Shown here piece after piece: positions 18,864 through 29,321 of a stretch of DNA of 64,000 bases (the first letter of the stretch is position 1; every line of letters begins with the position of its first letter). The notes beneath the pieces were generated by a model, which saw only the letters and a program-made list of their open reading frames with translations, had not been told where the DNA came from and searched no databases. Source of the stretch: Dehalococcoidia bacterium. Its GTDB lineage: Bacteria > Chloroflexota > Dehalococcoidia > DSTF01 > JACRBR01. The stretch lies in contig JAKFYB010000018.1 of the NCBI GenBank assembly GCA_021731085.1, positions 157,647 through 221,646 of the forward strand, in the 5' to 3' direction. The translations under genes were made by a program, and so were the position numbers.

Positions 18864-20852
18864 TTGTTCTTGCCTGAGATCCCTGAAGCCGCCGTCTGGG
18901 CGATCCTCTTCCTTCCGGTGGGGTCGCTGCTGACGATCGCGTTCTTCACGCGCCCGTTCCCGAAACTCTCGGGCTACGTGACGATCGCCGCGATGGCCGC
19001 CGCATTCCTGCTTTCCCTCTGGGTGCTGGACAGCGTCATCGAGACGGACGGACATGCGCTGCCATTCACCAGCCACGAGTGGCTGTCGGTCAGCACCGAC
19101 AATCCCCAGCTTGCGTTTCTCGGCGGCCAGAGCCTGTACGTAGACATCGGCCTGAGGATCGACGGCCTCAGCGCGATCATGCTCGTCGTGGTGACCTCGG
19201 TCTCCTTGCTCGTGCAGTTCTACTCGCAGGGCTACATGGCGGGTGACGGCGGTTACTCGCGTTACTACATGTGGATGTCGCTGTTCACCGCGGCGATGCT
19301 CGGCCTTGTGATGGTCGATAGCATCCTCATCGTCTACGTGTTCTGGGAACTCGTCGGCCTCGGCTCGTATCTGCTGATCGGCTTCTGGTTCCACAAGAAA
19401 TCCGCGGGTGATGCGGCGAAGAAGGCGTTTCTCACAACACGATTCGGTGACGTCGGCTTTCTCATCGGCATCCTGCTCATCTGGACGAAGACCGACACAT
19501 TCAACATCCCGCTCATCCAGGAGATCGCGCAGTCCGGCGCCCTCACCGACACGGTCATCACCGTCTTCGCGTTGTGCATCTTCGCCGGCGCCGTCGGCAA
19601 GTCCGCGCAATTCCCCCTGCACGTCTGGCTTCCTGATGCGATGGAAGGCCCGACGCCCGTCTCGGCCCTTATCCACGCCGCGACTATGGTTGCCGCTGGT
19701 GTGTATCTCATCGCCCGCATGTTCCCGGTGTTCCAGGCGTCGGAAGAAGCGCTTCGCACCGTCGCCTACGTCGGTGGCTTCACGGCCATCTTCGCTGCGA
19801 CCATGGGCATCGTCTCCGCTGACGTGAAACGTGTCCTCGCATACTCGACGCTCTCACAACTCGGCTACATGGTGATGGCGCTGGGACTTGGCGCATACGT
19901 CGCCGCGATCTTCCACTTGTTCACGCACGCGTTCTTCAAAGCGCTCCTCTTCCTCGGTTCAGGCTCCGTAAACCACGCGACCGGAACATTCGACATGCGA
20001 AAGATGGGCGGCCTGCGGAAGTATATGCCGATCACGTACGCGACCTTCCTCATCGGCTCGATCAGCCTCGTCGGCATCTTTCCGTTCGCGGGCTTCTGGT
20101 CGAAAGACGAGATCCTCGTGTCGGCATGGAATGAAGACAAATTGCTCTTCTTCGTCGGGATGGCAGTCGTCTTCATGACAGCGTTCTACACGTTCCGCGC
20201 AGTCTTCCTCACGTTCCACGGTGAGTACAAGGGCGGAGAGGTTTCTGACCACGGCGCGCCCGCGCACGGCGCGGCCAATGCCCACCACGGTAAGCCGCAC
20301 GAGTCGCCATTCACGATGTGGGCGCCGCTGGTCATTCTCGCGATACCAGCGTTCGCCTTCGGGCTCTGGAACATGCCGTTCGATGGCATGGACCGACTGG
20401 GGCACCTGCTCGAAGGCGCGTTGCCGCACGAGTCGGAGGAGCAACTGCACCACTTTGAATTCAATTTCGCCATTGCGGCAGCTTCGCTCGCACTCGCGGT
20501 CGTCGGCATCGGGCTCGCCTACGCGATCTACATGGCCAAGGTCATCTCGGCTGAATCGCTGCAGAAGATGTGGGGTCCTGTCCACACGCTGGTCGAAAAC
20601 CGCTACTACATGGACAACCTCTACGAGAATGTCATCATTCGCGACCTGCTGTACCGCAACGTCTTGCGTGGTCTGCAGTGGTTCGACACCAACGTCATCG
20701 ACTTCACGGTGAACGGCGCTGCGCAGGCCACGCGCTGGTCGGGCGATCGCCTCCGCCAACTGCAGTCCGGCTCCTTCCAGGCGTACGGCACCGTTGGATT
20801 CGCCGGTCTCATCGTCGCCTCTGTCCTCATGCTTGTGCTGGTGGAGAGGTAA
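18864..20852 (+). CDS. nuoL: NADH-quinone oxidoreductase subunit L.
   Basis: 662-aa antiporter-like subunit with the long C-terminal lateral helix region. TTG start. Confidence 0.9.
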   Translation: MFLPEIPEAAVWAILFLPVGSLLTIAFFTRPFPKLSGYVTIAAMAAAFLLSLWVLDSVIETDGHALPFTSHEWLSVSTDNPQLAFLGGQSLYVDIGLRIDGLSAIMLVVVTSVSLLVQFYSQGYMAGDGGYSRYYMWMSLFTAAMLGLVMVDSILIVYVFWELVGLGSYLLIGFWFHKKSAGDAAKKAFLTTRFGDVGFLIGILLIWTKTDTFNIPLIQEIAQSGALTDTVITVFALCIFAGAVGKSAQFPLHVWLPDAMEGPTPVSALIHAATMVAAGVYLIARMFPVFQASEEALRTVAYVGGFTAIFAATMGIVSADVKRVLAYSTLSQLGYMVMALGLGAYVAAIFHLFTHAFFKALLFLGSGSVNHATGTFDMRKMGGLRKYMPITYATFLIGSISLVGIFPFAGFWSKDEILVSAWNEDKLLFFVGMAVVFMTAFYTFRAVFLTFHGEYKGGEVSDHGAPAHGAANAHHGKPHESPFTMWAPLVILAIPAFAFGLWNMPFDGMDRLGHLLEGALPHESEEQLHHFEFNFAIAAASLALAVVGIGLAYAIYMAKVISAESLQKMWGPVHTLVENRYYMDNLYENVIIRDLLYRNVLRGLQWFDTNVIDFTVNGAAQATRWSGDRLRQLQSGSFQAYGTVGFAGLIVASVLMLVLVER

Positions 20853-20855
20853 CGA

Positions 20856-22355
20856 ATGAACGGCATGCTCGTCTTCGTCGTCTTCTTCCCGGCCGTAGCC
20901 GCGGCCGTCATCGCCGCAACGGTCCCGCGTGAGAGCCAGGGCCAGGCGCGGTGGGTAGCGCTCGCCGCATCGCTGATCACGTTCGTGCCGTCGCTCATCC
21001 TGCTGCTCGCATTCGACCGCAGTCCCGGCGAGATCACGAACGACACCTTCCAGTTCGAATCACAGGCAACCTGGATCGATGCAGCCAGCGCAGGCTTCGA
21101 CGTGCAATTTCACATGGGTGTCGATGGCCTCGGCATAACGATGGTCATCCTGACGACGTTCCTCTTCGTCATCGCGACGCTCATCTCGTTCGGCGTCACG
21201 CTGCGCACGAAGGAGTACTTCATCTGGCTGCTGGCGCTCGAGACGGGCGTGCTCGGCGTCTTCACTTCGCTCGATCTGTTGCAGTTCTTCCTCTTCTGGG
21301 AGGTCGAACTGTTGCCGATGTTCTTGCTCATCTCGATCTGGGGTTCCGGGCGCAAGGAATACTCGGCGATGAAATTCCTTCTTTACACGATCGCGGGCTC
21401 CGCCTTCATGCTCGTCGGCCTCCTCGCACTCGGCTTCAGCGCCGACCCCGCGACGTTCGACATGGTCGCATTGCGTTCGGCGTCGTTTGACGACACGCTG
21501 ATTCCGATGTGGCTGATCTTCGGCCTCATCATCACGGCCTTCCTCGTGAAGCTGCCGATGTTCCCGCTGCACACATGGCTGCCGGACGCGCACACCGACG
21601 CGCCGACCGCGGTCTCCGTCATCCTCGCCGGCGTGCTGCTAAAGATGGGCGGCTACGGCATCCTCCGCATCAACGTGTCGCTGCTACCCGAGCAGGCGAA
21701 GGACTACGGGCCGTATCTCGCCGTACTCGCGGCAATCAGCGTCATTTACGGCGCGTTACTCACGCTCCGCCAGAAGGATCTCAAACGGCTTGTCGCGTAC
21801 TCATCTGTGAGCCATATGGGCTTCGTGTTGCTCGGCATCGCGGCTCTGGGGCACGTCAGCCTCAATGGCGCGGCGCTACAGATGTTTACGCACGGCACAA
21901 TCACCGGCCTGCTGTTCGTCATGGTCGGCGTCATCTATGATCGCGCTCACACCCGTAACGTCGATGAACTGTCTGGCCTTGCTCACACAATGCCGCTCGC
22001 AGCGACGGTCATGATCATCGCCGGCCTAGCGTCGTTGGGCCTGCCCGCGATGTCCGGTTTCGTCGCCGAGACCATGGTCTTCCTTGGCAGCTTTGACAAG
22101 TTCACTGCAGCGACCGTTGTCTCGACGTTCGGCATCCTGCTGGCTGCCGGCTACATCACGTGGATGGTCCAGCGCGTGTTCTTCGGCCCCAAGAATCCAA
22201 AGTGGGAGTCGCTTCCGGACGCGAACAATTGGTGGGAGCAGGTGCCGATGGCGCTTCTCGTCGTCGTCATCATCGGCGTCGGCGTGTATCCCGCAATCGT
22301 CGTCGACTACATCGATACCGGCATAATCAACATCGTAGGGACGCTTAGCCCATGA
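20856..22355 (+). CDS. nuoM: NADH-quinone oxidoreductase subunit M.
   Basis: 499-aa antiporter-like subunit carrying the WLPDAHTDAPTAVS motif. Confidence 0.9.
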   Translation: MNGMLVFVVFFPAVAAAVIAATVPRESQGQARWVALAASLITFVPSLILLLAFDRSPGEITNDTFQFESQATWIDAASAGFDVQFHMGVDGLGITMVILTTFLFVIATLISFGVTLRTKEYFIWLLALETGVLGVFTSLDLLQFFLFWEVELLPMFLLISIWGSGRKEYSAMKFLLYTIAGSAFMLVGLLALGFSADPATFDMVALRSASFDDTLIPMWLIFGLIITAFLVKLPMFPLHTWLPDAHTDAPTAVSVILAGVLLKMGGYGILRINVSLLPEQAKDYGPYLAVLAAISVIYGALLTLRQKDLKRLVAYSSVSHMGFVLLGIAALGHVSLNGAALQMFTHGTITGLLFVMVGVIYDRAHTRNVDELSGLAHTMPLAATVMIIAGLASLGLPAMSGFVAETMVFLGSFDKFTAATVVSTFGILLAAGYITWMVQRVFFGPKNPKWESLPDANNWWEQVPMALLVVVIIGVGVYPAIVVDYIDTGIINIVGTLSP

Positions 22356-23839
22356 TCCAGGACTTCGACCGCCTCGGGCCCGTGATCGTGGTGCTGGCAA
22401 CGGCCGGCCTCATCTTCATCATCGACATGATCATGAAGCGCGAGGATCGCCGCCTGCTCGCTGGCGTCGCCATCACGGGGCTCGCCGTCTCCGCACTGTG
22501 GCTTGTACAGCTCATGCTCCGCGAGCGTGAGGGCTCGTTCTTCAGCGATTCAATGGCGCTGGACAACTTCACGATCTTCTTCGGCTTCCTGTTCATTGGT
22601 GTCTGCGCTGCCGTCATCCTCGCGTCATGGGACTACATGACGAAGTTCGGCGATCGCCAGGGCGAGTTCATCGCTCTCACATTGATTGCAACCGCCGGCA
22701 TGATGCTGCTCGCCGGCTCCCGCGACCTCATCGCCATCTTCGTCGCGTTGGAACTCACCAGCATCACCCAGTTCATCCTCGTCGGCTTCCTCCGCGACGA
22801 TAAGGGCAGCGAAGCAGCGATCAAGTACCTCCTGCTCGGCGCAGTGTCATCGGCCGTCGTCCTCTACGGCATGGCATTCCTCTTCGGCGTGGCCGGCACG
22901 ACCCGCCTCATTAGCACCGACGGTGGCCCGTCGATCGCGGACGCCATCGCATCCGGCGACAGCGGTATGCGATCCGCCTTGCTTGTCAGCATGGTGTTTC
23001 TCATCGCCGGATTCGGATTCAAGATGGCCATCGTGCCATTTCAGATGTGGACGCCGGACGTCTACCAGTCGGCGCCCGTGCCCGTCGCCGCGTTCCTGTC
23101 GGTGGGTAGTAAGGCGGCAGCGTTCGCCGTCGTCCTGCGCATCTTCCACGAAGGCTTTGGCGTGGACTCGTATGTCACCGAAGACTGGAAGATTCTGTTC
23201 GCCGTCATTGCCGCGTTTACGATGACGGTGGGCAATCTCATGGCCATACGCCAGACAAACATCCGCCGCATGCTGGGCTACAGTTCGATCGCACAGGCCG
23301 GAAACATCATGGTCGGCATGGCGGCCGTCACGACCGCGTCGGACGCGGGCATCAACCCGTCCGGCGCGAACGCGGTCGTGTTCTATCTCGCGGCGTATGC
23401 CTTCACGAACCTGGGCGCCTTCTTCGCAATCATCGCGATCCACAACAAGATCAACAGCGACGAGATCGCGGACTATGCGGGAATGGGCCGCCGCGCGCCG
23501 ATCGCTGCCGCCATATTGCTGTTGTGCCTCTTGTCGCTAACGGGTCTCCCGCCGACTGTCGGTTTCTGGGCCAAGCTGTTTGTGTTCAATTCAGCGATCA
23601 ACGCTGACCTGGGTTGGCTTGTGCTGATAGGCACGCTCAATACGGTCGTCTCTGCCTACTACTACCTCAACGTTGGCCGTGTGATGTACGTAACGAACGC
23701 GGACGACGAACCCGTGTTGCGAACGCCTCCGTACGCCGTAGGAATTCTCGCGGTTGCAGCCGCGGGTGTCGCCGTCTTCGGTGTGGCGCCTACGATTCTC
23801 ATCGATGCCGCGGAACGGGCCGTGAACGCATTCGCCTAG
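22352..23839 (+). CDS. nuoN: NADH-quinone oxidoreductase subunit N.
   Basis: 495-aa antiporter-like subunit. Overlaps the nuoM stop. Motif MWTPDVYQSAPVPVAAFLS. Confidence 0.9.
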   Translation: MIQDFDRLGPVIVVLATAGLIFIIDMIMKREDRRLLAGVAITGLAVSALWLVQLMLREREGSFFSDSMALDNFTIFFGFLFIGVCAAVILASWDYMTKFGDRQGEFIALTLIATAGMMLLAGSRDLIAIFVALELTSITQFILVGFLRDDKGSEAAIKYLLLGAVSSAVVLYGMAFLFGVAGTTRLISTDGGPSIADAIASGDSGMRSALLVSMVFLIAGFGFKMAIVPFQMWTPDVYQSAPVPVAAFLSVGSKAAAFAVVLRIFHEGFGVDSYVTEDWKILFAVIAAFTMTVGNLMAIRQTNIRRMLGYSSIAQAGNIMVGMAAVTTASDAGINPSGANAVVFYLAAYAFTNLGAFFAIIAIHNKINSDEIADYAGMGRRAPIAAAILLLCLLSLTGLPPTVGFWAKLFVFNSAINADLGWLVLIGTLNTVVSAYYYLNVGRVMYVTNADDEPVLRTPPYAVGILAVAAAGVAVFGVAPTILIDAAERAVNAFA

Positions 23840-23842
23840 AAC

Positions 23843-24349
23843 CTAATGATGGTGTGCGTGCGTTCCAAGAATCGCATCCTCATGCGCCCGCATCAGCACC
23901 TCGTCCGCCGCATCCTCGTGGTCGTACCCCAACAGGTGCAACACGCCGTGCACGAGCAGGTGCCCAACCTCGTCCTGAAGCGCCAGCGAATGTTCGTCCG
24001 CCTGCCGTTGCGCCGTCTCGATTGAGATGATCACGTCGCCGAGATGCGGCGTCTCGCCACCCGGCACAGCGAACTCTTCGCCCTCCGTCTGGGAGAACGA
24101 CAGCACGTCCGTCGCCGCATCCACCGCGCGGTAGGTGCGATTCAGATCACGCACCGCAGCGTCGCTCGTGAGCACGACACTCAGCTCCGAAGGGCGTACA
24201 ACGTTCTCGATGGCCAGCGCGTGGGCGGCGAGGCGTTCCAGCGCCGCATAATCCAGCCCGGCGATGTCCACGTCGTGTTGCAGTTCGACCACATAATCCA
24301 CAGCGCCAGTGTACGCCGTCCCAACGTCACATCTACGTGCACTCCACAT
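23843..24349 (-). CDS. ybeY: Endoribonuclease YbeY (rRNA maturation factor).
   Basis: Zinc motif [11 protein letters not shown](E). Convergent with nuoN across a 3-bp gap. Confidence 0.85.
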   Translation of the reverse strand: MWSARRCDVGTAYTGAVDYVVELQHDVDIAGLDYAALERLAAHALAIENVVRPSELSVVLTSDAAVRDLNRTYRAVDAATDVLSFSQTEGEEFAVPGGETPHLGDVIISIETAQRQADEHSLALQDEVGHLLVHGVLHLLGYDHEDAADEVLMRAHEDAILGTHAHHH

Positions 24350-24444
24350 CTCCAGGTGAATGTTCTCCGAGTGCGGTGGTGCACGACTGTAACGCGGGAT
24401 TAACTTCTGGCACGATAAGATGTAGCCAAAGGAGAATCACCCAC

Positions 24445-24942
24445 ATGTCCACCGAGACCACAACCGCCACCACCGAAAAGGCAACCTTCGGCGCCGGATG
24501 CTTCTGGGGCGTCGAGGCCGCCTATCGCCAGATCAAGGGCGTGAAGTCCACCGCCGTCGGCTTCATGGGCGGCTCACGCGACAACCCTTCTTACGAGGAC
24601 GTATGCTATCGCGGCACCGGCCACGCCGAAGTCGTCGAGGTCGAATACGACCCGAAGCAGGTGTCGTACGAAGACATGCTCGACGTGTTTTGGGAGAACC
24701 ACGACCCGACGCAGCTCAACCGCCAGGGCCCCGACGTCGGCGACCAGTACCGCACCGTGATCTTCTTCCACACACCGGAACAAGAAGGCGCCGCAACAGC
24801 AAGCCGCGGCCGCCGCGAAGCGTCAGGCTCGTATCGCCGACCCATTGTCACAGAGATAATCGCAGCCGAAACATTTTGGAAGGCCGAAGACTACCACCAG
24901 CAATACCTCGAAAAGCGCGGCCTCTCCACCTGCCACATCTAA
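24445..24942 (+). CDS. msrA: Peptide methionine sulfoxide reductase A.
   Basis: Active-site GCFWG motif. AAAGGAGA RBS. Confidence 0.9.
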   Translation: MSTETTTATTEKATFGAGCFWGVEAAYRQIKGVKSTAVGFMGGSRDNPSYEDVCYRGTGHAEVVEVEYDPKQVSYEDMLDVFWENHDPTQLNRQGPDVGDQYRTVIFFHTPEQEGAATASRGRREASGSYRRPIVTEIIAAETFWKAEDYHQQYLEKRGLSTCHI

Positions 24943-25978
24943 CTGCGTCTGTGGTGGTCATTCCTGCGCAAGCAACCGTGTCCACCGCTCGACCGACCGC
25001 AAATACCGCGGCAGATCCTTGAACCCCCGCCGCACGATGTCCCGATCGTTTGCGCTCGGCATCATCGGCTGGACGCTCTCCGATCGCGCGCCGAGCGTTG
25101 TACTCGAACCACTGTGATAGCACGGCCACGAACTCCGCGAGATCCGTCGGTCGTATCACGTCCTCCACGCCACCGCCCTCGCGATATCCCGCGATCCACA
25201 CGCGAACGACCTTCCAGTCCGGCTCGCCGAGATGCACACCAGACCACGTCAGCGCAAGGCTTGCGACCTCATGCCGCGGATTTACCGGTCCCGCCGCGTC
25301 CCAGTCGACGAGCAGCAGTTCCTTGTCCGTCGTCTTCATCCAGTTCTTTTGGTCCGCGTCCCGGTGCCCGAGAATGAGCGGCGTGTCATCGCCGCGCGCG
25401 CTGTCAACGTAACCCTCGATTTCGCCGACGGTCGGCAGGATCGCCCGGAACTCCCACTTCCACTCAGCATCCGAGCGCTCGACACGCTCCGCCAACGACC
25501 GCCAGTGGTCCTCGCCGAGCGTGACCAGCGCCTTCGCCTGCGTAACCCCGGCATCCATGGCCAATCCATGGATGCGCGCTATCACCTGCCCGACCCGGCC
25601 CGCGAAGTCCGCGCCGTAGACGATGCGCTGTAGCCCCTCGCCCTCCATCCACTCATGCACCCGCACCGTCGCGATACTGCCGTTGTCTCGCCGCACTTCA
25701 GCAAGGCACGTATTCGTTCCGGCGACCGGAACAGGTCGCGGCATTGGAACTCCCGCATCGAACGCCGCCCGCTCCGGCGTGAATGCGCGCTCGATGCGGT
25801 CAATGGTCCACGCGCCGCTGGAGTCGATGCTGATCTCCTTCACAGCGAACGCGCGTCGCTCAGTCTCGAGCCGCCACATGCGATGCGTAAGCCCACTCAC
25901 CACCGGCGTTATCTCGCCCACAGGTGCGCCGAGGTCAAACGCCGTGCAAATCGCCTGCTCGAATGCGAAATGGCTCAT
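24848..25978 (-). CDS. Aminoglycoside/choline-kinase-like phosphotransferase (APH family).
   Basis: Brenner motif HRDADQKN and the DWD motif ([10 protein letters not shown]). The start lies 11 nt after the trmO stop. Its 3' end overlaps msrA by about 95 nt. Confidence 0.65.
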   Translation of the reverse strand: MSHFAFEQAICTAFDLGAPVGEITPVVSGLTHRMWRLETERRAFAVKEISIDSSGAWTIDRIERAFTPERAAFDAGVPMPRPVPVAGTNTCLAEVRRDNGSIATVRVHEWMEGEGLQRIVYGADFAGRVGQVIARIHGLAMDAGVTQAKALVTLGEDHWRSLAERVERSDAEWKWEFRAILPTVGEIEGYVDSARGDDTPLILGHRDADQKNWMKTTDKELLLVDWDAAGPVNPRHEVASLALTWSGVHLGEPDWKVVRVWIAGYREGGGVEDVIRPTDLAEFVAVLSQWFEYNARRAIGERPADDAERKRSGHRAAGVQGSAAVFAVGRAVDTVACAGMTTTDAVRCGRWRGRAFRGIAGGSLRPSKMFRLRLSL

Positions 25979-25989
25979 ACGTTCCGCGC

Positions 25990-26445
25990 TCAGTCCGCGT
26001 CCCAATATCTGCGCATGAGTTCCGACGCCCACGCCGGCTGACGAACCTCACCACGCGGCAAGAACTCACGCATCACGGGCTTGATATCCAGCACCGGCGT
26101 CCCGTCGATCGCGTCGAGTCCGCGCACGACGAGCGTGCCTTCGCGCCGCTCGACCACCTCGGCCGTCGTGAGCCCAATGCGGTTCGGTCGGTTCTTCCCA
26201 CGCTGCGCCAAAATACCCACTTCGGGCCAGTCCGGATTGTTGCGCGGCCGCCGCGCGCTCGTCTCGATGCTCTCATCCTTGACCAGGTGGAAATAGAACA
26301 CGACTTCGACGTGCGAAAACTCCTCGATGCCCTCAAGCGCGTCCCCACCAAGATGGCCCGTCAGCACGATCTCTGACTCAACGGCGCCCCAGTCATCATC
26401 CTCAATCGCCGATCGAGAATTGCGCACGTAGCCGATCGGCGTCAT
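25990..26445 (-). CDS. trmO: tRNA (adenine37-N6)-methyltransferase TrmO/TsaA (YaeB, UPF0066).
   Basis: Motifs RPNRIGLTTAEVV and GLDAIDGTPVLDIKP. N-terminal MTPIGYVRNS. Alternative TTG start at 26472. Confidence 0.8.
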   Translation of the reverse strand: MTPIGYVRNSRSAIEDDDWGAVESEIVLTGHLGGDALEGIEEFSHVEVVFYFHLVKDESIETSARRPRNNPDWPEVGILAQRGKNRPNRIGLTTAEVVERREGTLVVRGLDAIDGTPVLDIKPVMREFLPRGEVRQPAWASELMRRYWDAD

Positions 26446-26473
26446 CGAGATATCCACACCAACCTCAAACAAT

Positions 26474-26517
26474 CGACCGACGACCGACGACCGACGACCG
26501 ACGACCGACGACCGACG
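26474..26517. repeat. Heptanucleotide microsatellite (CGACCGA)x6 in the recR-trmO spacer.
   Basis: Six perfect tandem 7-mers are read directly from the sequence, starting right after the recR stop codon. Confidence 0.9.
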
Positions 26518-27132
26518 CTACACGTCTTGCCGGTTCTCCAGTGCCCGCGACAGTGTCACATCGTCCGCATACTCGAGGTCGCTGCCCATCGGCAAGCCGC
26601 GCGCCAGTCGTGTGACACGCAGGCCCATCGGCGTCATCAGGCGGCTAATGTACATCGATGTCGCCTCGCCCTCCAGGTTCGGATTCGTAGCCATGATGAT
26701 CTCGCGCACTGAGCCGCCGCGCACGCGCTCAAGCAACTCCTTCACCTTCAGGTCGTCCGGCCCGACGCCGTCCATGGGCGAGATCACACCGTGCAAGACG
26801 TGGTACAGCCCGTGGAAACCGCGCGTTCGCTCAACGGCCAGGATGTCGAGCGGTTCCTCCACAACACAGATCAAGGTCCGGTCGCGTCCGTCGTCACTGC
26901 AGATACCGCAGGGGTCAGTCTCAGTAACGTTCTGGCAAATCGAGCACAGCACCGTGCGCTCTTTGAGTTCGATGATCGCCTGCGCCAGCGCGATCGCATC
27001 CTCGGGTGGAATGCGCAGCATGTGGTACGTCAACCGTTGCGCGCTCTTCGGTCCGATGCCCGGCAACTTGTGGAATTCATCGATCAGGCGCGAGACGGGA
27101 GGTGGAGCAGCGCCTTGCGGATGCTGATTCAT
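26518..27132 (-). CDS. recR: Recombination protein RecR.
   Basis: C4 zinc finger CSICQNVTETDPCGIC, a Toprim domain, and a helix-hairpin-helix N-terminus. Confidence 0.9.
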   Translation of the reverse strand: MNQHPQGAAPPPVSRLIDEFHKLPGIGPKSAQRLTYHMLRIPPEDAIALAQAIIELKERTVLCSICQNVTETDPCGICSDDGRDRTLICVVEEPLDILAVERTRGFHGLYHVLHGVISPMDGVGPDDLKVKELLERVRGGSVREIIMATNPNLEGEATSMYISRLMTPMGLRVTRLARGLPMGSDLEYADDVTLSRALENRQDV

Positions 27133-27239
27133 GAGTGAATGTTACCGCCGCTGCTGCTACAAACGAGAGAGCCGCTCGTGCGAGCGGCTCCTGCGGTTGA
27201 CTCTGTGCGCGCTTGGCTGCGCTTGCCTACCGGGCTCCC

Positions 27240-27551
27240 CTACTTCGACAATCCGGGAAGAATGCTGCCGGCGATCCCCGCGAGTTGCCCCATCTGCATC
27301 GCCTGTATCTTTTGCAGCGCCTCGTTCAGCGCGGCCGTGATCAAGTCCTCCAGCATTTCGACGTCTTCGGGGTCAACGGCCTCAGGATCGATCTTGAGCG
27401 ACTGCACCGTCATGCCGCCCGTCAGCACGACATTCACAATCCCGCCACCCGCCGTGCCGTCCGCCGTCTTCAGCGCGAGGTCGGCCTGCGCCTTCTGCAC
27501 CTGGCCCATCGCCTGGCTCAGTTTCGCCATCATGTCGCGGTTCATCGCCAT
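27240..27551 (-). CDS. ybaB: Nucleoid-associated protein YbaB/EbfC.
   Basis: 103-aa protein with the conserved GGGIVNVVLTG..M core. Sits between dnaX and recR in the conserved order. Confidence 0.85.
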   Translation of the reverse strand: MAMNRDMMAKLSQAMGQVQKAQADLALKTADGTAGGGIVNVVLTGGMTVQSLKIDPEAVDPEDVEMLEDLITAALNEALQKIQAMQMGQLAGIAGSILPGLSK

Positions 27552-27554
27552 CGC

Positions 27555-29321
27555 TTACCCCTCCTCGTCGCCGGATACGACTTTCGCGCCGTGTGTCTCC
27601 ACCGCGTGCTTCACCAGCGCGCTCTTGATCGCCCTTGGTTGCTTGTCAGCAAGGATACATTGAATCGTCACCGGCTCTCCGAGAATCTGTGACGCCAGTT
27701 CCTCGTAGATCTTCCGCGTCTGTGCTTGCTCCACCGTCTGCTTCTGGAACGCATCCATAAAGAAACCAAGCGTCAGCACGCCGCCCTCGTACGAAACAAC
27801 GCGACAGGATCCGTTGAGCAGCGCATCTAGCTTCATTTGCTTCTGCTTCGCGAGTGGTCGCAACTTCAGGTCGATGAATGTGTCGAGGTCGATCGTTCCA
27901 CCCGGTGTGGATGCGATGTGGTTCCCGTTCGAGATCGGCACCGGTGGCACGTCGTCAGGCTCTTCGCCCGCGCGCGGTATCACCGGCGCCTTGCTCCCGA
28001 GCATCCGCGCGATGTCCTCCGCTGAAGCGCTTCCGAGATCTTTACGCAGATCAGCGGGGACCCGATCAGCAGCCGAAGGCGCATCGTTACGCGGCACAGG
28101 CTGCGGGCGCGAAGGAGGAGTGTTCGCCCGAGGTGATGGCGCAGCCGGGCGTGTGGGCTCTGTGCGACGAATCGGCGTCGGTTCCGCGCGCGCCGGCGGA
28201 GCAGCAGCCGCGACCGGCACGGGCGGCGGCGCAACAGCATCGGCAAGCGCGAGCTCCAGCGGCAGCGGCGACAGCGGGTCAGCCCGCAGATCGGCCTGTC
28301 CGAACGCCCGCAGCGCCTCGACCATCGTTCCGCGCGGGACATCGGCCACGCTCGCGCGCATCTCTTCGACTTGCTCCGGCGTCCACTGCCCTTCGTTGGT
28401 CGCGCCCGACTTCACATGAAGTAGCTCGCGCAGCCGCATCACGACTTCTTTCTTGAACTGCCGCAAGTCCAAGCCGTCGTCGCGCACATCACCGATTGTC
28501 GCGAGCCCGGCTGAGAAGTCGCCCGTAAGTGCCTGCAACGCCAATGCCGAAGCTCGCTCGTCCGCGATCAGCCCCAGCCCCTCGCGTACAGCCTCCAATG
28601 AAGGCGATGCTCCGTACGAATCGCAGATCTGTTCCAGCAGGTTGATCGCATCGCGCAGCGAACCCGTCGCCGTCCGGCAGATGAGTTCGATGCCTTCGCG
28701 CCCGATCTCGATCTTCTCCGCCTCCGAGATCAGCGCCAGCCGGTCGGCCATCGCCGAAAGTGGAATGCGCTTGAACTCGTGCCGCTGGCACCGTGACACG
28801 ATCGTCGCTGGCACCTTGTGCACATCCGTCGTCGCCAGGATGAAGACGATATGCGCTGGCGGTTCTTCGAGCGTCTTAAGCAGCGCGTTAAATGCTGGAT
28901 CTGTGAGCATGTGGACCTCGTCGATGAGGTACACCTTGTGCGCTTCCGCGCCGCCCATCGGCATATAGCCGCTGTTCTCGCGCAGTGCCCGGATATCGTC
29001 GATGCCCCGATTTGAAGCACCGTCCAGTTCGACGAGGTCCATCGCCGTCCCGTGCGCGACAGCCTGGCACGAAGCGCATTCGTTGCACGGCTCGCCCGGC
29101 TTGTTCTTGACCGAAGCCTGATTCTTCTCGCAGTTGATCGCCTTCGCCAGCAGCCGCGCCGTCGTCGTCTTACCGGTGCCGCGCGGGCCAGAGAACATGT
29201 ACGCGTGCGACACGCGATCTCCCGAGACGGCATTCACCAGTGTCCGCGTGACCATGTCCTGACCGGACACGTCAGCGAAGCGCTGCGGACGCCATTTGCG
29301 ATAGAGGACTTCGGCCGGCAT
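27555..29321 (-). CDS. dnaX: DNA polymerase III subunit gamma/tau.
   Basis: Walker A GPRGTGKTT. Zinc module CNECASCQAV. Pro/Ala-rich linker. ATG at 29321 chosen; the ORF is open to 29477. Confidence 0.88.
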   Translation of the reverse strand: MPAEVLYRKWRPQRFADVSGQDMVTRTLVNAVSGDRVSHAYMFSGPRGTGKTTTARLLAKAINCEKNQASVKNKPGEPCNECASCQAVAHGTAMDLVELDGASNRGIDDIRALRENSGYMPMGGAEAHKVYLIDEVHMLTDPAFNALLKTLEEPPAHIVFILATTDVHKVPATIVSRCQRHEFKRIPLSAMADRLALISEAEKIEIGREGIELICRTATGSLRDAINLLEQICDSYGASPSLEAVREGLGLIADERASALALQALTGDFSAGLATIGDVRDDGLDLRQFKKEVVMRLRELLHVKSGATNEGQWTPEQVEEMRASVADVPRGTMVEALRAFGQADLRADPLSPLPLELALADAVAPPPVPVAAAAPPARAEPTPIRRTEPTRPAAPSPRANTPPSRPQPVPRNDAPSAADRVPADLRKDLGSASAEDIARMLGSKAPVIPRAGEEPDDVPPVPISNGNHIASTPGGTIDLDTFIDLKLRPLAKQKQMKLDALLNGSCRVVSYEGGVLTLGFFMDAFQKQTVEQAQTRKIYEELASQILGEPVTIQCILADKQPRAIKSALVKHAVETHGAKVVSGDEEG

